Source: Phoronis australis
Lineage: Eukaryota; Animalia; Phoronida
Reading direction: 5' to 3'
Length of the DNA stretch: 64,000 nucleotides
NCBI GenBank assembly: GCA_002633005.1
Contig: NMRA01000118.1
Coordinates: 744,707-808,706 of the forward strand
This document shows, one piece after another, positions 42,101-57,100 of this stretch. The notes beneath the pieces are model-generated. The model worked only from the letters and a program-made list of their open reading frames with translations. It was not told where the DNA came from and did no database searches. How positions within the stretch are numbered: the stretch's first letter is position 1; every line of letters starts with the position of its first letter. The position numbers and the translations under genes were made by a program.

Positions 42101-45100
42101 AGCTGTTCAAGTTCAAGGACAAGACCAGGTGGATAATTGGGTCACCTCATTTAGTCTCCGCTTCCGTGCCTCTGATGGAGAACCTTGGGCGAATTACTCC
42201 AACAGCTCTGGTGCTTCGGTTAGTAGCTTCCTACGACAATGGGTTGCTGTTTTTGGCTCCATACAAAGTTTGTCTTTCACATCCCAAGATACCAGGACTT
42301 GTCAATTTCCTGTAGATTTTTGAATTATTCGTTTCCCAGAAATAGTTGTGTGGAGCCTAATACTAAATTTCTCACTTAAACCCCTGGTGCGTGCCCTTGC
42401 TTACGTGGATTTGTGAGGTATCTCAGATAAAAGAGCACCAGCACTTGGCTGAAAAATGACATTATTCGGGGAGCGCAGGTCTCAAAACGAGTCGCAATAT
42501 TGACCAAAGTCAATTTCGCTTTTTAATCCTAATGTTTCTTTATAAATAATTGCCATGTTAACGGTGGGTGACCATGATGATTGTAAGGATGGTAAAGTAT
42601 CATAAACTGCTTGGACCTTCTCTCATGTTCCTTAATTTTCTGTTATTGTTCTGCAGGTGTTTCACGCAAATAAAGATTCGGCATCAATTGTGACGTTGAA
42701 GCTGCATCCACCTATTTTTGCTAAATACTTCAGAGTTCAACCTCAAAGTTGGAATAATCAGATTGCGTTGAGAGTGGAACTTATTGGTTGCCAACTTGAA
42801 AAACAACTGCGCCGTAAGTATAGCATATAATACTTTGTGTTTTGAACTTTATAGCAGGAAATCCATTGATAACTGTCGCGTTGGAAATGTCATGCGCTTA
42901 AATGCTTTAGTTATCTCCCCAGATGATCGTTCTTGTGTGAGGTGCTACACCAGCAACTATTGTACCGGAGATGGCAAGCAAAGACCTTGCGGTAGATGTG
43001 ACAAACCACAGGAAGGTTCCACGTGCGGTCGGTCTCCAACAGAGCACTCATTTGGTGCTGCTGAGAGGTGCTCCGCTTGTCCAAATGGATGGGTATGTGA
43101 TGGACAACATCAATTCATGTTTGTTCTTAAAACTTCTACAGCGAACATGTTTATGGAAAATGGCCATCAAGTTTAAAGCTGTGGCCTGGCCGAATTAAGT
43201 TTCAAAGGTAATTAGGAGATAGCTATGGACTGTTCTCGTTTGAACGTTCTAAGCTCCCGCAGCTGAGGTTTTGAGGTATGTATAAGAGGCATTGTCTACC
43301 AGAAATACACATATAAAACCTCGTTTCTGTTTTCAGAGATGTGAAAAAGGTTACGCCGTTCCTCCTCCAAAATATCATTATATTACGTGTAATGATACCA
43401 AATGCCCTTCAAATTTTACCCATTGTGAGCCCGGTTATGTCTGTCGAGGAGGGATACGTCACACGTGCCACCCAGGCACATATTCCACTGGTTCCGTTGG
43501 TAAGGACTTAATCGTATTTACCTGACAATGATTTAAATTCTTGGTACAATTTTATAACGGATATGCTAGTTCTTAGTAATATATGATTTGGAGGCTTTAA
43601 AAGGTATTGTAATCGCCTTCCCTCGAGTTTTGCAAGTGAACCGTGACGGGTTGCATGGAACCGTCTCAAATAGGGACTCAACTAAATTCCCTAAATCTTT
43701 TCCCTATTTGTTTATGTGTTTACTCACAGATGTAATCTTTTTCTACCATTCCATCATTATTATGAGCTCCCCTTTGACAAATGACATTTTTAATGATATA
43801 GCTACATGTAAAAACCGATCCCTCAATTCAATGAAAATAAATAGGGACTTAGTCCTTAAGTTAGAGTTGTTGCATGAAAAGATCCCTATTTATTTTGATA
43901 AATTTAGAATTCCACGCTAAACTCACTCTCGATTTGTGTAGAAGCCAAAAATTGACTTAATAATGAAACTACATGGGCGGCGCATCATAGGGAGCTGGGG
44001 GGGGGGGGCTATAGCCCAACTTTTTCAGTGCTGCGCTTACCATGGTCTATGCGTGGTGCACCACAGTGCTGCTCATGAACTAAAACCGCTTAAGAAAGCC
44101 CAATCGGTGTTTTCAAAAGTCGACAAAAAGCTGTAAGTTTAGAGAAATTACTTGAGTCCTTATTTGTGACTGTTTCATGCAACCAGAGCACTGGAAATCT
44201 ACTTTTATGTTTTTTGGTCTTCCATAACTTTAAAAGGAACCTAAAAAAAATTAAAATCTGGCTGAATTCGGAACATTATGTTTTAGAAATGGCTAAGATG
44301 ATTCAAATTAAACTTTCTACGCTTTGTGCACTGTTCCCTAAAACGATGTTGGTAATTCTTTTAAAACGATTCACAATAATACGATTTTAAGAAGGGTTAC
44401 CAAAATATAATGTTCACGATATATAAAAAAGAATCGAACATTACATAAAATGAAAACGAAATGGTAATTAATGTGTTATCAACTTTACTGGCGGCCTTGT
44501 CATTTTAGAAATACATCTGTTCTCAACATCAACAACAGCTCTTACAGGTGTGGACAGTTAGATAAAATTAAAAAATTGCCTTATTTGCATTTTAATGTGT
44601 AACAGTGCCTACAATTTTATGACTCAATGCTACTGTACCTATTGAACATTATTTGTGCAAGGCCACTTTATGGACATCTAAATTCGTTCTTTTCAAACAA
44701 TGGAAGGAGCAAGTTTAAACATGAGTACTTTGCATTTTATAAAGTATAATACATTTGATTGTCCAAACAAAGTTGACACCTCAAATGGTCACAAGAGTGG
44801 TTTATAAGCCCACCCCCCGTGGCTGACGGCCTCATACGGCGTTGCATTTTTCCCTTGCGTGTCTTGAGTTTCGAGCAACAGGTTTCTCATTAATCTACAA
44901 ATGCTTGTTCTTATTTCTCATACAGAAACGTGTCAGCTATGTTTACCTGGAACCTATCAGAACGAGTCCGCTCAGGAGACATGCATGAATTGTCCACCAG
45001 GTTACACTAGTAGTACTATGAAAGACAGATGTGACCCCTGCCCAACAGGGTTATATTCAGCTGGTGATGGCACAGGGTGTAAGAAATTTGTAGGGGGAAC

Positions 45101-48100
45101 AGACTGCAGGTGTATTGCACAGCCTTATCCTTGTTTCTGGAGTAAGTACAATTGTATTTGATATCTACATTGTATCCATTTGGTCATTTATAATTTAGAG
45201 ACATTTTCTTCAAAAAATCCAGCAGTTTTGACCATTTTGGGAAGCTTATTTTGTAATCTATTTTGAGCAGCATCACCGCTCCATCGGCTATTTGGGGTCC
45301 GAGTAGACTTTAAACCAATTTTACAGCGCTTGAGCGCATAACCCAGGCGCAACCATCGCGCTGAGTAGTGAATTGGCGTTCTCTTACAAAATCTCAAGAA
45401 CACGATGGATTTATTAAATATCAAAGCAATTAATTTCACGACTTTTGCACAACGCAAATCAGTCTAGGAATATTGATTTCCTCCTTAAAACCGATTGTTT
45501 CCGTGACCTTTCGTTCGAAAACACGTTGAATGTGCACTTATTATTTTTAACCAAGAACAGTGCAGTGATTGTCATCTAACTTCACCATCCTTAACTAACG
45601 AAAAATATAGACTCAAAGCTAACAAACACATTCGTCTGCCTATCTCTTTTAGGTGCTGATAATAAAGCCCCTTGCTATGATTACCAGAAAGACGATGGCA
45701 CTTTGTCTTACGTTTGTGCTGCATGCCCTCTTGGTTTTGAAGGTGATGGCGTCACGTGTAATGATGTTGACGAGGTACATGCCTATTGCTGCTCTGGGTT
45801 CTGTATATTTTTTCTTTTAATAAAACCTATCAACAAGTTCGAAAATCGATGTTCGGCTGTTGTTTTTTGTTACTTATTTTTACTTTATTTTCCCTTGCCT
45901 GCCTGACTAAAAGCCTAAAATTGAATGAGGGTTTTTCACTTTATTAACCTCGGTTTCATAGGATTGTATTTCCATTACCAACAGCCACATATCAGCAATT
46001 CTAGAAGACACTTAAGAGCTTATTGGATTTGCAATATCGAAAATGGCGCATGTGCGCACAGCTTGTGTCTAGAATTGCTATTGGAAACAAATTTCTAAAA
46101 TGGAAAGGAATATCATGCAACGTATTTTTAATAAGCTGTAAGCCCTAGTTCGATATTCGTTCTTCAACCAGTTGATTAGGGCAAATTAAACCCTGGTTTA
46201 ATGGTATTGTGTTCTTTATCGGAAAATCCATTTACATGTACACTTTTTGTAGCCTTATCACTTGCCATTACAACGCATACATGTACAAGTTAAAATACAT
46301 GCTCTTTTTTAATGCTAGGTGTGAATGTAAATGTTGGAGGTTGGGACCTGTTTGTCACGTGCTGTTGTCAACAGTGATCGTTGCTTGATTCGTGTGAATA
46401 AAATCAGTTTTTAGACACTTTGAAACAGAATTTACTGTTCTGCTGTCATTTGAAAAAATCTGAGAATTGCCAACAGAATCAGTAGTGGGTGACACTCCAG
46501 CTTTTTCACTTGTTATGCGCCTCCTTTGCATAGGCCTGCTGTACGTTAACCAGTCCATGCAATAGGACCTACTGCCTCAACCAAGGTCCTCTGTAAATCT
46601 GTGATCCAACTCGGCAGCTGTCTTTGTTTACTTGCAAAGATTCTGGCAGGCTGTAAAGCATTCGTTGGCAGACCAATCAACCATTTTTTCAAAGCAGGTG
46701 TCCAACAACTGTGAACAGTGAACACAATAGGACCATCGAGTACATCCCACTTCACCAAAGGTTCACTTCTCTGCAGTTTCACTATCTTAAAATACATGTA
46801 TGTAGAAGTTCGGACTCAGTTGTACTATTTGAAATTTCTATAGGCAAACATTCATGTATAGGATATTTCCGTTCTTGGACGCAATAGTATAACCACCACC
46901 CAACCAACGCCCGCTGGCAGATACATGACGGCGACATCCCGTTGCTCCCAACCTGTTCTATTCTATTGCCCAACAACAAGTTGGCAAGTTTACCCCCATA
47001 GCCAATATCTTACACGACTGATTAACTCCATTCTGGCACTTATAGTTGGAGGGTCTGCGCTCTTTTGTTCGATAATTGATCTAATCTCCGATCAGATCGT
47101 ATCTAGCCTGACTGAACTGGGCCGATAAAAATGAAAGCTAAGTTATAACATATTTGAGCTTAAACCAATAGCATTTCTGAATTCCTCGTCAAATGCTGAT
47201 CATGTTCCGTTTTTTGAATCACCAAAATAGCCCAACTACAATAGAATTAAGACAATCTATTCTGTCCAAACGGATTACCAACGTACTGGGTTTGACTGTG
47301 TTCATACGCGTTCGGTAATAGCTTGCAACCACCATACGTTTACTTTGAAGCCTGGGAGATAATTGGCTTGCTTGTTATCGTACGGGACAAAACACTGAGC
47401 TGGGCAATTAACAAAAGATCCAGATGTTATCGCACGTTCCGCACCCCTCACGTCTGGAAAAGTTAATGAAAAACAGAACTCTGTAATGCTACATGTAATG
47501 CACTTTGTTTGGATTATGTGAAATTGTGGTTCAAAGCATGTTTTATCAATACGGATACATGAGTACGTAGTAGCATTCGTAAAGAATATGGCGTAGGAAT
47601 ATTAAGGAATTTTCAACCACGATACATTCACCAAATCAATCTCCCGATCGCTCCATTTCACAAATCAACAGAAAAGATTATCCGCTGCGCCTCAACTTCA
47701 CCCAACGCACCGGAAACATGCGCACGGCCGGGGATATACTGGACGTAGTAGGCTACCCTGCCCCTATATACTAGTTTTCAGCAAGTCAAAACAGCCCCAT
47801 GATTCAGTCGTCTCAAATTTAAAGCCGCCCGTTGATTGTCGCAACCCTGAAATGAAATATCCCCGGTGCTCCAGATTTTGTCCCTGTTTGAGAATGAATC
47901 GGCTTAGATTCCTGAATTGTTAGTGATTGGAACTGAACTCATTTGTACACACGCAACCGATGATTTAAGAACACCTTTGAAATAGTTACTAATTGGGTAC
48001 AAACGCAATACTTTATATACATGTATGTCAGTTCCGCCTCCTTAACAGACATGGACGGTAATGAATCTTCGAAGTAGTAGACCTTAGGCTTAGAGAACCT

Positions 48101-51100
48101 TTAGAGTAGTGGACCTTCGGAGTAGTGAATCTTCGGAGTAGTGGACCTTAGAAGTACATGTAGTGGACCTTCGGAGTAGTGAATCTTCGGAGTAGTGCAC
48201 CTTCGGAGTAGTAAACCTTAGAAGTACATGTAGTGGACGTTCGGAGCAGCGAACCTTTGGAGTAGTGGACAGTCGGAGTAGTAAACTTTCGGAGTAGTGA
48301 CAAGTAACCGGACCATCACGAACTGCAGACTCCTGTTTTGTCCATAGATATTACACTGATTTTGACGGTGGCCACATTTGTAACAAGTCCTTGCAGTGTC
48401 AATTTGTACAAAAACTACTAAATGTATTCAAATAAGTTAGCAAATAACCACAGTTGATAAGTTGTCTGATAAGCAAGTCCCATATCTGCGCCTGACCAGT
48501 TATGAAAACAAAATTGGATATTACAGCCTCCTCATGCAGCAAAATTTGACTCCACGCATAAAGGTGTTATTAGTATTATTAGTACTGTCATAAAAAGTGT
48601 ATTACTAAAAGTTTAGTTCTTCTGTAATTTCCAGTGTCTGGTTTATTCACCATGTTGGAACGACCGTTGTATAAACACAGTGCCCGGCTATCAGTGTTTG
48701 GCCTGTCCGTACGGACTGAAAGGCACACATGAAGACGCTCTTGCTTGGCAAGTGAACAGGAGAGTATTTGAGCTCGGCAATGCTCGTCGTGGCGCCCTTC
48801 ATATTCAAACTTGTGATGATATCAATGAGTGTCTACAAGACAACGGCGGGTGTGATCCTCTGACCCAATGTACAAACACAGTGGTGAGTGAATGGATAAG
48901 TGTGTCGTCTCGTAAGGGATAATAGCCTCAGATTTCCAAAAAAAATGAACATGTAGTTTATGCTGAATACTTTTTGGTCGTGCCCGCGAGCTATGTAGCC
49001 CGCTTTTCTGATCGACAGTTGCTCCCTAATCTCTCACTTAGCTTGATAGCTTAAAGCATTTTGAAGGATGCTTTAGCAACTGCGTTTATCGACATGTCTT
49101 GAAGCATGCCCAGTGCCACCGGATTTTTTGCCACCAAATGAACTACACTTTACAGTGCATGGCAACATTTCGATGGGGATGGGGGTGACTAGTGGTCTAG
49201 ATCCTCTACTATAGGTCAATTCCTACATCCCACAGCTCATTGAGCGTTGACATGCAGCTGCAGGAACATGCCTTGCATGTATGCATACAGTATATCTGCA
49301 AGGGCATTGTGTAAATCCTCTTGTAATAGTGGACTAAATCATGTCTCCCAAATTGGGGTGAATAATGATAACTGAGTTGGAGCAGGGCAATGGTCTTTGT
49401 ATTCTTGGATGTAAAACACACTCCAATTAATCACAACCGCCACACAAATGTATCGCTTGCAGGCATGTGGTTAAGAACACTCTCATAAGTTGTTTCTTTC
49501 AACTATTGAAACTGATGGATGGGAAATTCCAGGCTAATGGAAGACCTAGTTATACCTGATTTCCACTGTTATTATCATGGGAAAATACGTTATAAAGAAG
49601 CCGTCAGTACTTATGAGGTCATCCTAACAAAGTCTGTTTTCGCAGAACCTGTGCATGTAGCCTGGTCTGCATTTTGCATTTGTCGCCATGACAGAAGTGA
49701 GATTTGTTTAGGAACGATTGAATGACAGGACCGACTGTTCGACCGTGTTAAGTGTTTATGACAGAGAGTGAAACCTTGATGAACATGAAACACATATATG
49801 CAAAGTCAGAGTAACATTAAGTAAAATTTTGACTTAGTCGGCGATGAGGCGTAAACTGAGGGTCAAGATCAACAGTTGTTTTACTATGATAAAATGAACA
49901 AGTAAGCCTTGGATGATGAAATTTGTGAAACCAAGAAATTTGAGAAACGTGCCAGTCATGACCTTAGAATATGCAAACAAGAGGTTTTAATTGGGACAAC
50001 AAACAAATGTTCATAATATTCTGTGCGCGAGTACATCATGGTTTGAATGAATGAATGTATAATCCAGTGTTCCGCATCACGTGTAAACTTTGACCAGGCA
50101 CTTCTCAGTGTGAGCCGTAATTATACTCCAGAACAGAGTCATAGTCCCGCCATATTTTGTGTAAAATGGAAATGTGAAAAATAATTTCGATTTCAATTAC
50201 AAGTTTGGAGATTAGACCCCGGTTTTAAAGGTGTATTTTCGTTGAACAGCTTATTTTTTAAAATGATAATACTAAAATGACATAGATAAGAAGCTGAATT
50301 TCGGGCTTCAAAAGTGTGTGTTAATAAAGTTTGCCACATCCAAAGGCGGCCGACTGTAGTATGAAAAAGACGTAAAATGCCAAAAGCATTGACTGTTATA
50401 CATGTAGCATGTTTGGAAGTTTGTGTCAAGATATGCGACATTTGGTTAAAGACGTCATTGGCACTCTTTATCATAGTTCCGCCTGACTAATTTTTGTTTG
50501 GGATTTACAGGGCAGTCGCCTATGCGGTACATGTCCAGAAAGGTACTTAGGAGATGGGTATACCGGGTGTCACATCCCTTGCACTGCTGGAGATCACAGC
50601 TGTGATTTGAATGCCACGTGCATAAACATCGGATCTACAGTTTTCAAGTGCAAGGTAATCCTACTCACGATGATTACTATCATATTCAGTATACCCAAGA
50701 TTCCCTTGACTAGAGAAGTCTATAGAATTTAGAAGGAACAAACCACCGTTCGCTGGTGTGAGCGACGGCCGCACAAATGTGTAAATCATTGTGTAGTACA
50801 TGTACGTACCGGTGGTATTTCTATACCTTGTGTTCATTTTAGTTCTTGCCAGATTTAACCTTCCTTTTTCTTCATTTTTACAAAATTGAGATCAAAGCAC
50901 TTGCCAGTATCGGAATTAAGAAATTCTTACATATTTTGTTGTGGTTTCACGTTTTGCAGTGCAACGACGGATACGCTGGTAACGGCCAGTTCTGTGATCT
51001 CGACCCAGACTTAGACGGAGTAGGCTGTAGAGGTGTCTTTTGTAAGCAGGTAAGCACTAATACAAGTTATACCTCATTTTTGCTTGTGCCTACTAATCCA

Positions 51101-54100
51101 TTGGCCATCGATTGGATATAAATACTGTCTTATGATAACATTAAACTCCGTTCGGTAGTCTTTTATATGATTTTTGATAGTCCGATTATCAAACCACTCA
51201 GTGCTAAAATCTTCACGGCATTATTGTTTTCCTCCAAACGTCGTATCAACTCAGAAACTTTTTTACCTGCTGTGGAATCAGTGTATTTGTGCACAGCGTT
51301 ACAGAGACTCACCGTGTGGGTACAACACCTTGAGTGCGACCCCAAAGATTTGAAACAACCCATTGTGCAATGGCAAAAATGTAGTTAAAATGAAAATGAA
51401 CTGGAGATTCACCTGTGTCGCTGTTTTACCGCAGGATAACTGTCACAATTTCCCAAACAGTGGACAGGAAGATAACGATGCCGACAATGTTGGGGATAGT
51501 TGTGACGTAGACGACGACAATGATTTTATACCAGACGTCAAGGTAGGGCACTTTTGCTTAGATTTCCTGGGGTGTTAGAATTTGATTAAAGGCAATATTT
51601 TGTCCAGTTTCTTTGAGAATAATTTTATTAACGTAAATAGTACCCAAATCGTTTAGAGTTCGTTGATAGGATTCAGTGTCGTATAAACGTAGTAGTACCG
51701 GATGCAGAGCTAGAAATGGGAAACACCAACGTGACAATGCCGCGTTGTTTCACTGATGGAATTTTTTTCACTGTTCTTTGTTAACTTTGCTCTAACTTTG
51801 ACGGGATAATGTTCCAGGATAATTGCCAGCTTGCCTTCAATCCAAACCAAGATGACAGTGACGGGGACCGCGTAGGAGACGCATGCGATAATTGTCCTAA
51901 CATCACCAATTTTGACCAGAAGGACAACGACAAGGACCTGACTGGCGACGCTTGCGACATCGATGATGATAACGATGGTGCTTTTTATTTAGAAAATGTT
52001 TGGCACGTCTTGTTCAAGATTTGGTAACCCAGTGGGCTTTTCAAGGAATTTCATTAACAATGAAGTCACGTATTTTCACTAAGATGTCATATTATCAAGA
52101 TAAGAAGCGTGCATCCCACGGGTCCCTGTCCATTTCTTATGAAATATTCACCTGGTAATCTCTGATATTGGTATCCCACAATTTTAAGAATTCATCCTTG
52201 CTGCGCCATCACATGAATTCGAAGAAAACCGGTAGATAGGATATTGCGTTTAGATTTCGTTATGAACTGGTCGATTTATGGCAAACCTCTACACGACACA
52301 CAAAATTGCAGCAAAAGGTAAGTATCGCCCTACTAGATGTACTTATTAACATAAAAAGTCAGCTAAAAGGTGACCACCTATAATGAATAAAACATGATTT
52401 CCAAGACCGCCTCCAAGTCGACGTTTTGCACATGAGTCTAACATTTTATATTTTTGAGAGTTGTGAACACGCGAAATGGTGAACCTCCGGGGTAGTGGAG
52501 TCTTCCCGAAACTGACGCACATCTACGTGTATCAAGTACAAGTCCATGGAATGAGCAGGATTGCTGCTAAAGCCCCCCCCCCCCTCCCCAGCCGCCCTGT
52601 GGTGCCCCACCAATAGAACATGGGCGGCATAGCACTGAAAAAAGTGGGGAGGCTGTAGCGCCCCTCCAGCCCCCTATGGTGCGCCGCCCATGTTCAAGCT
52701 GGTATTTCTTGGTTGGCAGGGGAGAGACACGTTCTAGTGCCTCTCATATTCTATATTTTGTCATTGACTGCTATGAATCAAAGTGAGAGGGATTGTATTC
52801 TGTGCAATTTGCACTTCATGTCCCATTCATTGTGCATGTACATGTACGTGTGCTGCATGTACTGTACATGTAGTTATTCGTTACTTTACTAAGAGTTGAA
52901 TGCCTGGATATCATACACTGTAACTAAATTATGAAGTATTCTATAGGCCTACTTACACCACCGCGAAACGTAGCGTTTCCGTTATCAATTCAATAAAGTT
53001 TCATCTGTTGTAACTTTATTTCGTGATTAAGATCGTCATGTTTTTTTTATATTCAAAGCATTTAACTAATCACAACTATTCCTGGCCAGGTTTTGAAAAC
53101 AGATTGTAATTTAAAATGGCGGAAATGCCGTGCACTGCACGTTTTCAGTTGTTCGCTTAAATCAGAAGGCAACGGCTGCGCCCACATTTTGTATAACTTT
53201 TACTGTCGTCACCTGTAGGCTGTAAATGTGAATGTTTTGTCGGCTACGAATTTAAAATCTTCATCGAGCCATTTCATACATGTAATTGACATCACATTAC
53301 ACTGTAAAAAGGTCAGACGTAACCGAATTGTGACTGCAAACGGTCACCTTGTAACGTACGTGCCCTGTTCTTGATACAGCGGCGTGTATATTGTTTCTTC
53401 ATGCTGAATTTTGGTCATGTGGTCTTCTCAGGAGTTCTTGACATCCATCCGGACAACTGTAGGTTGGTTCCTAACTCCAATCAAGATGACAGTGATGGTG
53501 ACGGTGTGGGTGACGCGTGTGATAATTGTTACAATGTGAGTAACGCCGATCAAGATGACACGGATCAGAATGGAGTAGGAGACGCCTGTACTACCCCTTT
53601 CACCAGAGACAGGTGAGGTTGTTAGCAGCGCAATGTCCCATGTACACCGCTCGCCTTCGTATGCGTACTTTTCAATTCCTGAAAAAGATTTTAAAGCGTG
53701 CTTTGTAAAACTAGTAGCGGGGCATCTGTTTTGTTTATTGCGATAGTGTCTGACAATAGAGTTTTTTTTGTCCATTTCAGTAATACCGAAAAAAGCACTA
53801 ACAAATCCGGATCCTTCAACCGCTTCCGGATTAGTTGTTGTCAGTGGTAACGTTCGAACCTTTCTGTCCTTCAGTACTTCAGTCAACGTGAACGCCAACT
53901 TCAGTTTCCGTTTCATATCTAAGGTCATGGGATACCATAAACATCAATGTCAATTTTTTAAGTTTGTCACAAACTTTTTTTTCCGAATTCAGAGACGGTG
54001 ACAGTATCCTCGACAGTATTGACAACTGCCCCTTTGTGTCCAATGGCGAACAGTCAGACATTGACGGTGACGGCAAAGGTATGATAGGACATGCACTTAG

Positions 54101-57100
54101 AGTTTAGATTAAAACAGAATTTTATAGGACACAAAGCATTGTTTTTCCGCTTTTCAAAGTGGGTGGTCTTTCCAGCACATCTTGATCAAGTCACCCAAGC
54201 CTCGGTGGCATCAGGATTAAAAGTGTGTTTAGGTGGTAACGACTAGTTCTAACTCATGCGTTGACAGTCATGTTTCGTTTTGATGGGTTTTGTTTCATTC
54301 TGTTGCAGGCGATATGTGCGATGATGATTTAGATGGTGACGGCGTTCTGAACAATGTGGACAATTGTCCCTACTTGTCAAACGCTGGACAAAACAACAGT
54401 AATGGTGAGGATTCTTACATGCTCTATGTTTAAGCACACAATACCCCACAGGGACTGAACAGCTGCTTGTCGTGGTGCAGCAAACTATTGTACGTACAAG
54501 GTTGTAAGTCTGCGAATTCAGCCAAATATCTAGGAAAACTATCAATTTTACTTCTAAAAGTAAAAGGCCTCTTATTTTGATCTTTTTTCCATTGATTGGT
54601 TGGGTCACGTGACCAGGTCTCTAGTAAAATGAAGCTATACTGATAGCAAACGTTGGTCTCAACAACAGTATCACATTTTACTCGTGTACTGATTGGTTTG
54701 GATGAAATCTCAAACATGCCGTTACAGTTCTATAATTTAACATTTCGTTTTATGCCCCTTAGAGCTTTTTCATGAAAGTCATAAAAATCCACGCAAAAGG
54801 GGACAATTTTGTACACGATTCCCACCAGCCTTTTGAACAACAGTGTATACAACATACTAATCTCAGTTTCATATGAATCCGATACGTCATTTCGCAGATA
54901 TGATGTTTCGAAGTTGGCCAAATTTGGAAATATTTCTGGGTCCGACGTAGTTCGTCGAAATCTGATTCCCACTGAAGTCCAACTGGCAGGTTTATAACTC
55001 ACTCTTTTTGAAATATTTCTGATGCTAACCTACATGTAAGCTTCAACATTGGATCATAGGTGGAACCATAACGATTTCCCTTAACCATGATCATAAATGG
55101 TTGAATTCGGTTACCAACAATTTTGGTATGAGGTTTTAGCTATTTGTTCTTAAATTTGTGTACGCTTAATCAAGACATAAACGCACACACTCAAACAGCA
55201 AAATTTTTGTGTGATGTCATCAGAGAAAGTCCTGTCTCCGCTCCTGTGTTGTTAGTCAGCTGCGAACCGGAAACCTAAGTTCAACTAACTATTATGAAAA
55301 CTACATGTGTGGATGCTGCAGTAACAGCAAACGGACGCACAATATTTCAGTTTTTGCGTTTCCAAAAGACCCTAAGATCCCAAAAATTGGCACAGGTTTG
55401 TGCAGTACACTGTAGAGCAAGTGCTTATCTCATTTTGAAGAATCGAGCTTTGATCCGTCGCAGAAACGGAGATTTGATGAAGGTTTTACTGACAAGTAAG
55501 AAAGTTTGATGGACACAAGTGCTGTGCTGCTGGGAACGTAGTTGTCTGGCTCATATATTAAGTATGAGCTTCAGCATCAAATTTCCATAAAGATAATGAG
55601 TGTGCTTGCAGTTAAACTCATGATTTTGTGGGAATGCATTCTGTCCCCACATACGCCAACGCCCAATAGTAGAAAATGGATTCCAGCTGCAAGGCAAATA
55701 GTTTGAGGTCGCGGCCGCAACCAGCAAACTTGGAAAAACAAGAGAGAAACTAGTAATATTTACCACAAATAAAATGCAGTTCGTATCATTATAATTAGAT
55801 GTGATAGTTCATGACAAACGCACTCGGCATTCGTAGAAATGAAATCAGGTATTCGCGATTGGGCTTTGACAGTCAGGACTACAACTTCGGTTAGATTTAC
55901 AGATCTAGACACATATTACTCGACAGTAGCGTGGTTAGAAAACTAAATCGTAAATCAATAAAAAGATATAATTATCACTCTGAAATTGGTAGTATCCGCA
56001 GACTCAGTAGGCTCCGACTCGACTTCACTCCCCGAAGACGCCGGTGCGATAGGGTAGAGTTCCTACGATCTCAAACTCGCAAAGTCTGCCTTATATGCCG
56101 AGGTCTAAATCATTACCTGTTAGACGTATTGCCTGAGTGTCGTCTTCACCCGGATCTCTTTACTTGCCTTCATGATACTCGTCAAGCTCGCTCTCTATGT
56201 CTTCGTAACTTACACAATCAAAAATATTCGTCATTTCATACATATACAGTGTATATACTGCAAACTGATCAACATCTTCCACTGATGACATCACGTGGGG
56301 AAAACCCAAACATTATTAATTTTCTTTAAAACTCAAAATCCCTCAATTTCTCAAAAAAGAGCTTGTTTAGTTAGATCTTATGATTATGCACGGTCTAAAA
56401 CCTCAAAAAGTTCAAAAGTCTATAGTAGGAACGCTTTATCTTCAGTCATATAACATCTCTCCGTAAATTTCCTTGCTATCGTTTCACCATTGAGTTCCGC
56501 TTAAACGGTGCGGTGCCACAGCATATAGGTTAAAAACATGTGATATCTCTAGTTCTTGCTGAACATTTTCTATGGCATCAAAAGTAATGTTGTTGACAGC
56601 AATGTCTAGAAAGATACCTAGTGCTGAAACCCTTTACACACATTTCCGTATCCAATATTTTAGAAGGGCAACCTGTAATCGCGCGTAACGTACATTTACA
56701 TGTAAATGTGTACGATCCTGTTTCAGCCAATCGTGTTGGGGATGCTTGTTCTGACGACATCGATGGTGACGGCGTAATAGACACTTACGACAATGCTGTG
56801 AAAAATCCTCTGATCAGTAACACGAACTTCACAGAACATATCAGTGTCAAGCTCTACCCATTGATGCCAAATGCTGAAAGCCCTACCTGGAATATCCTGG
56901 ACAAAGGTCGTGAAATAAGACAAACTGCAGTGACACCCATGCCTATTATGTTGATAGGTTTGTACTCCTAACAGACGCACATCTCGATTTTGGTAATTCT
57001 GTGCAGATGTGTGTAGGTGTAGGATGCTTCAAATGAATTTCGCACTGCAAACAAGTGTATGAACATTTCCAATTACAGTATTCTTACTGTTTCTGCATGG

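Noticed and set aside
46355-47130. Possible decayed LINE apurinic-endonuclease region on the minus strand
   Set aside because: Only faint, frameshifted motif hints; cannot be supported without a profile search.
48058-48302. CRISPR-like array
   Set aside because: Contiguous ~17-bp tandem units with no unique spacers, in a eukaryotic intron, with no cas genes.
53428-53928. 166-aa minus-strand ORF, and similar antisense ORFs over exons such as 37341-37580 and 56723-56980
   Set aside because: Antisense shadows of Asp-rich or otherwise biased + strand exons.
55780-56330. Possible Crypton-like non-autonomous element and a 132-aa ORF
   Set aside because: No defined termini, TSD or protein motif that I can support.
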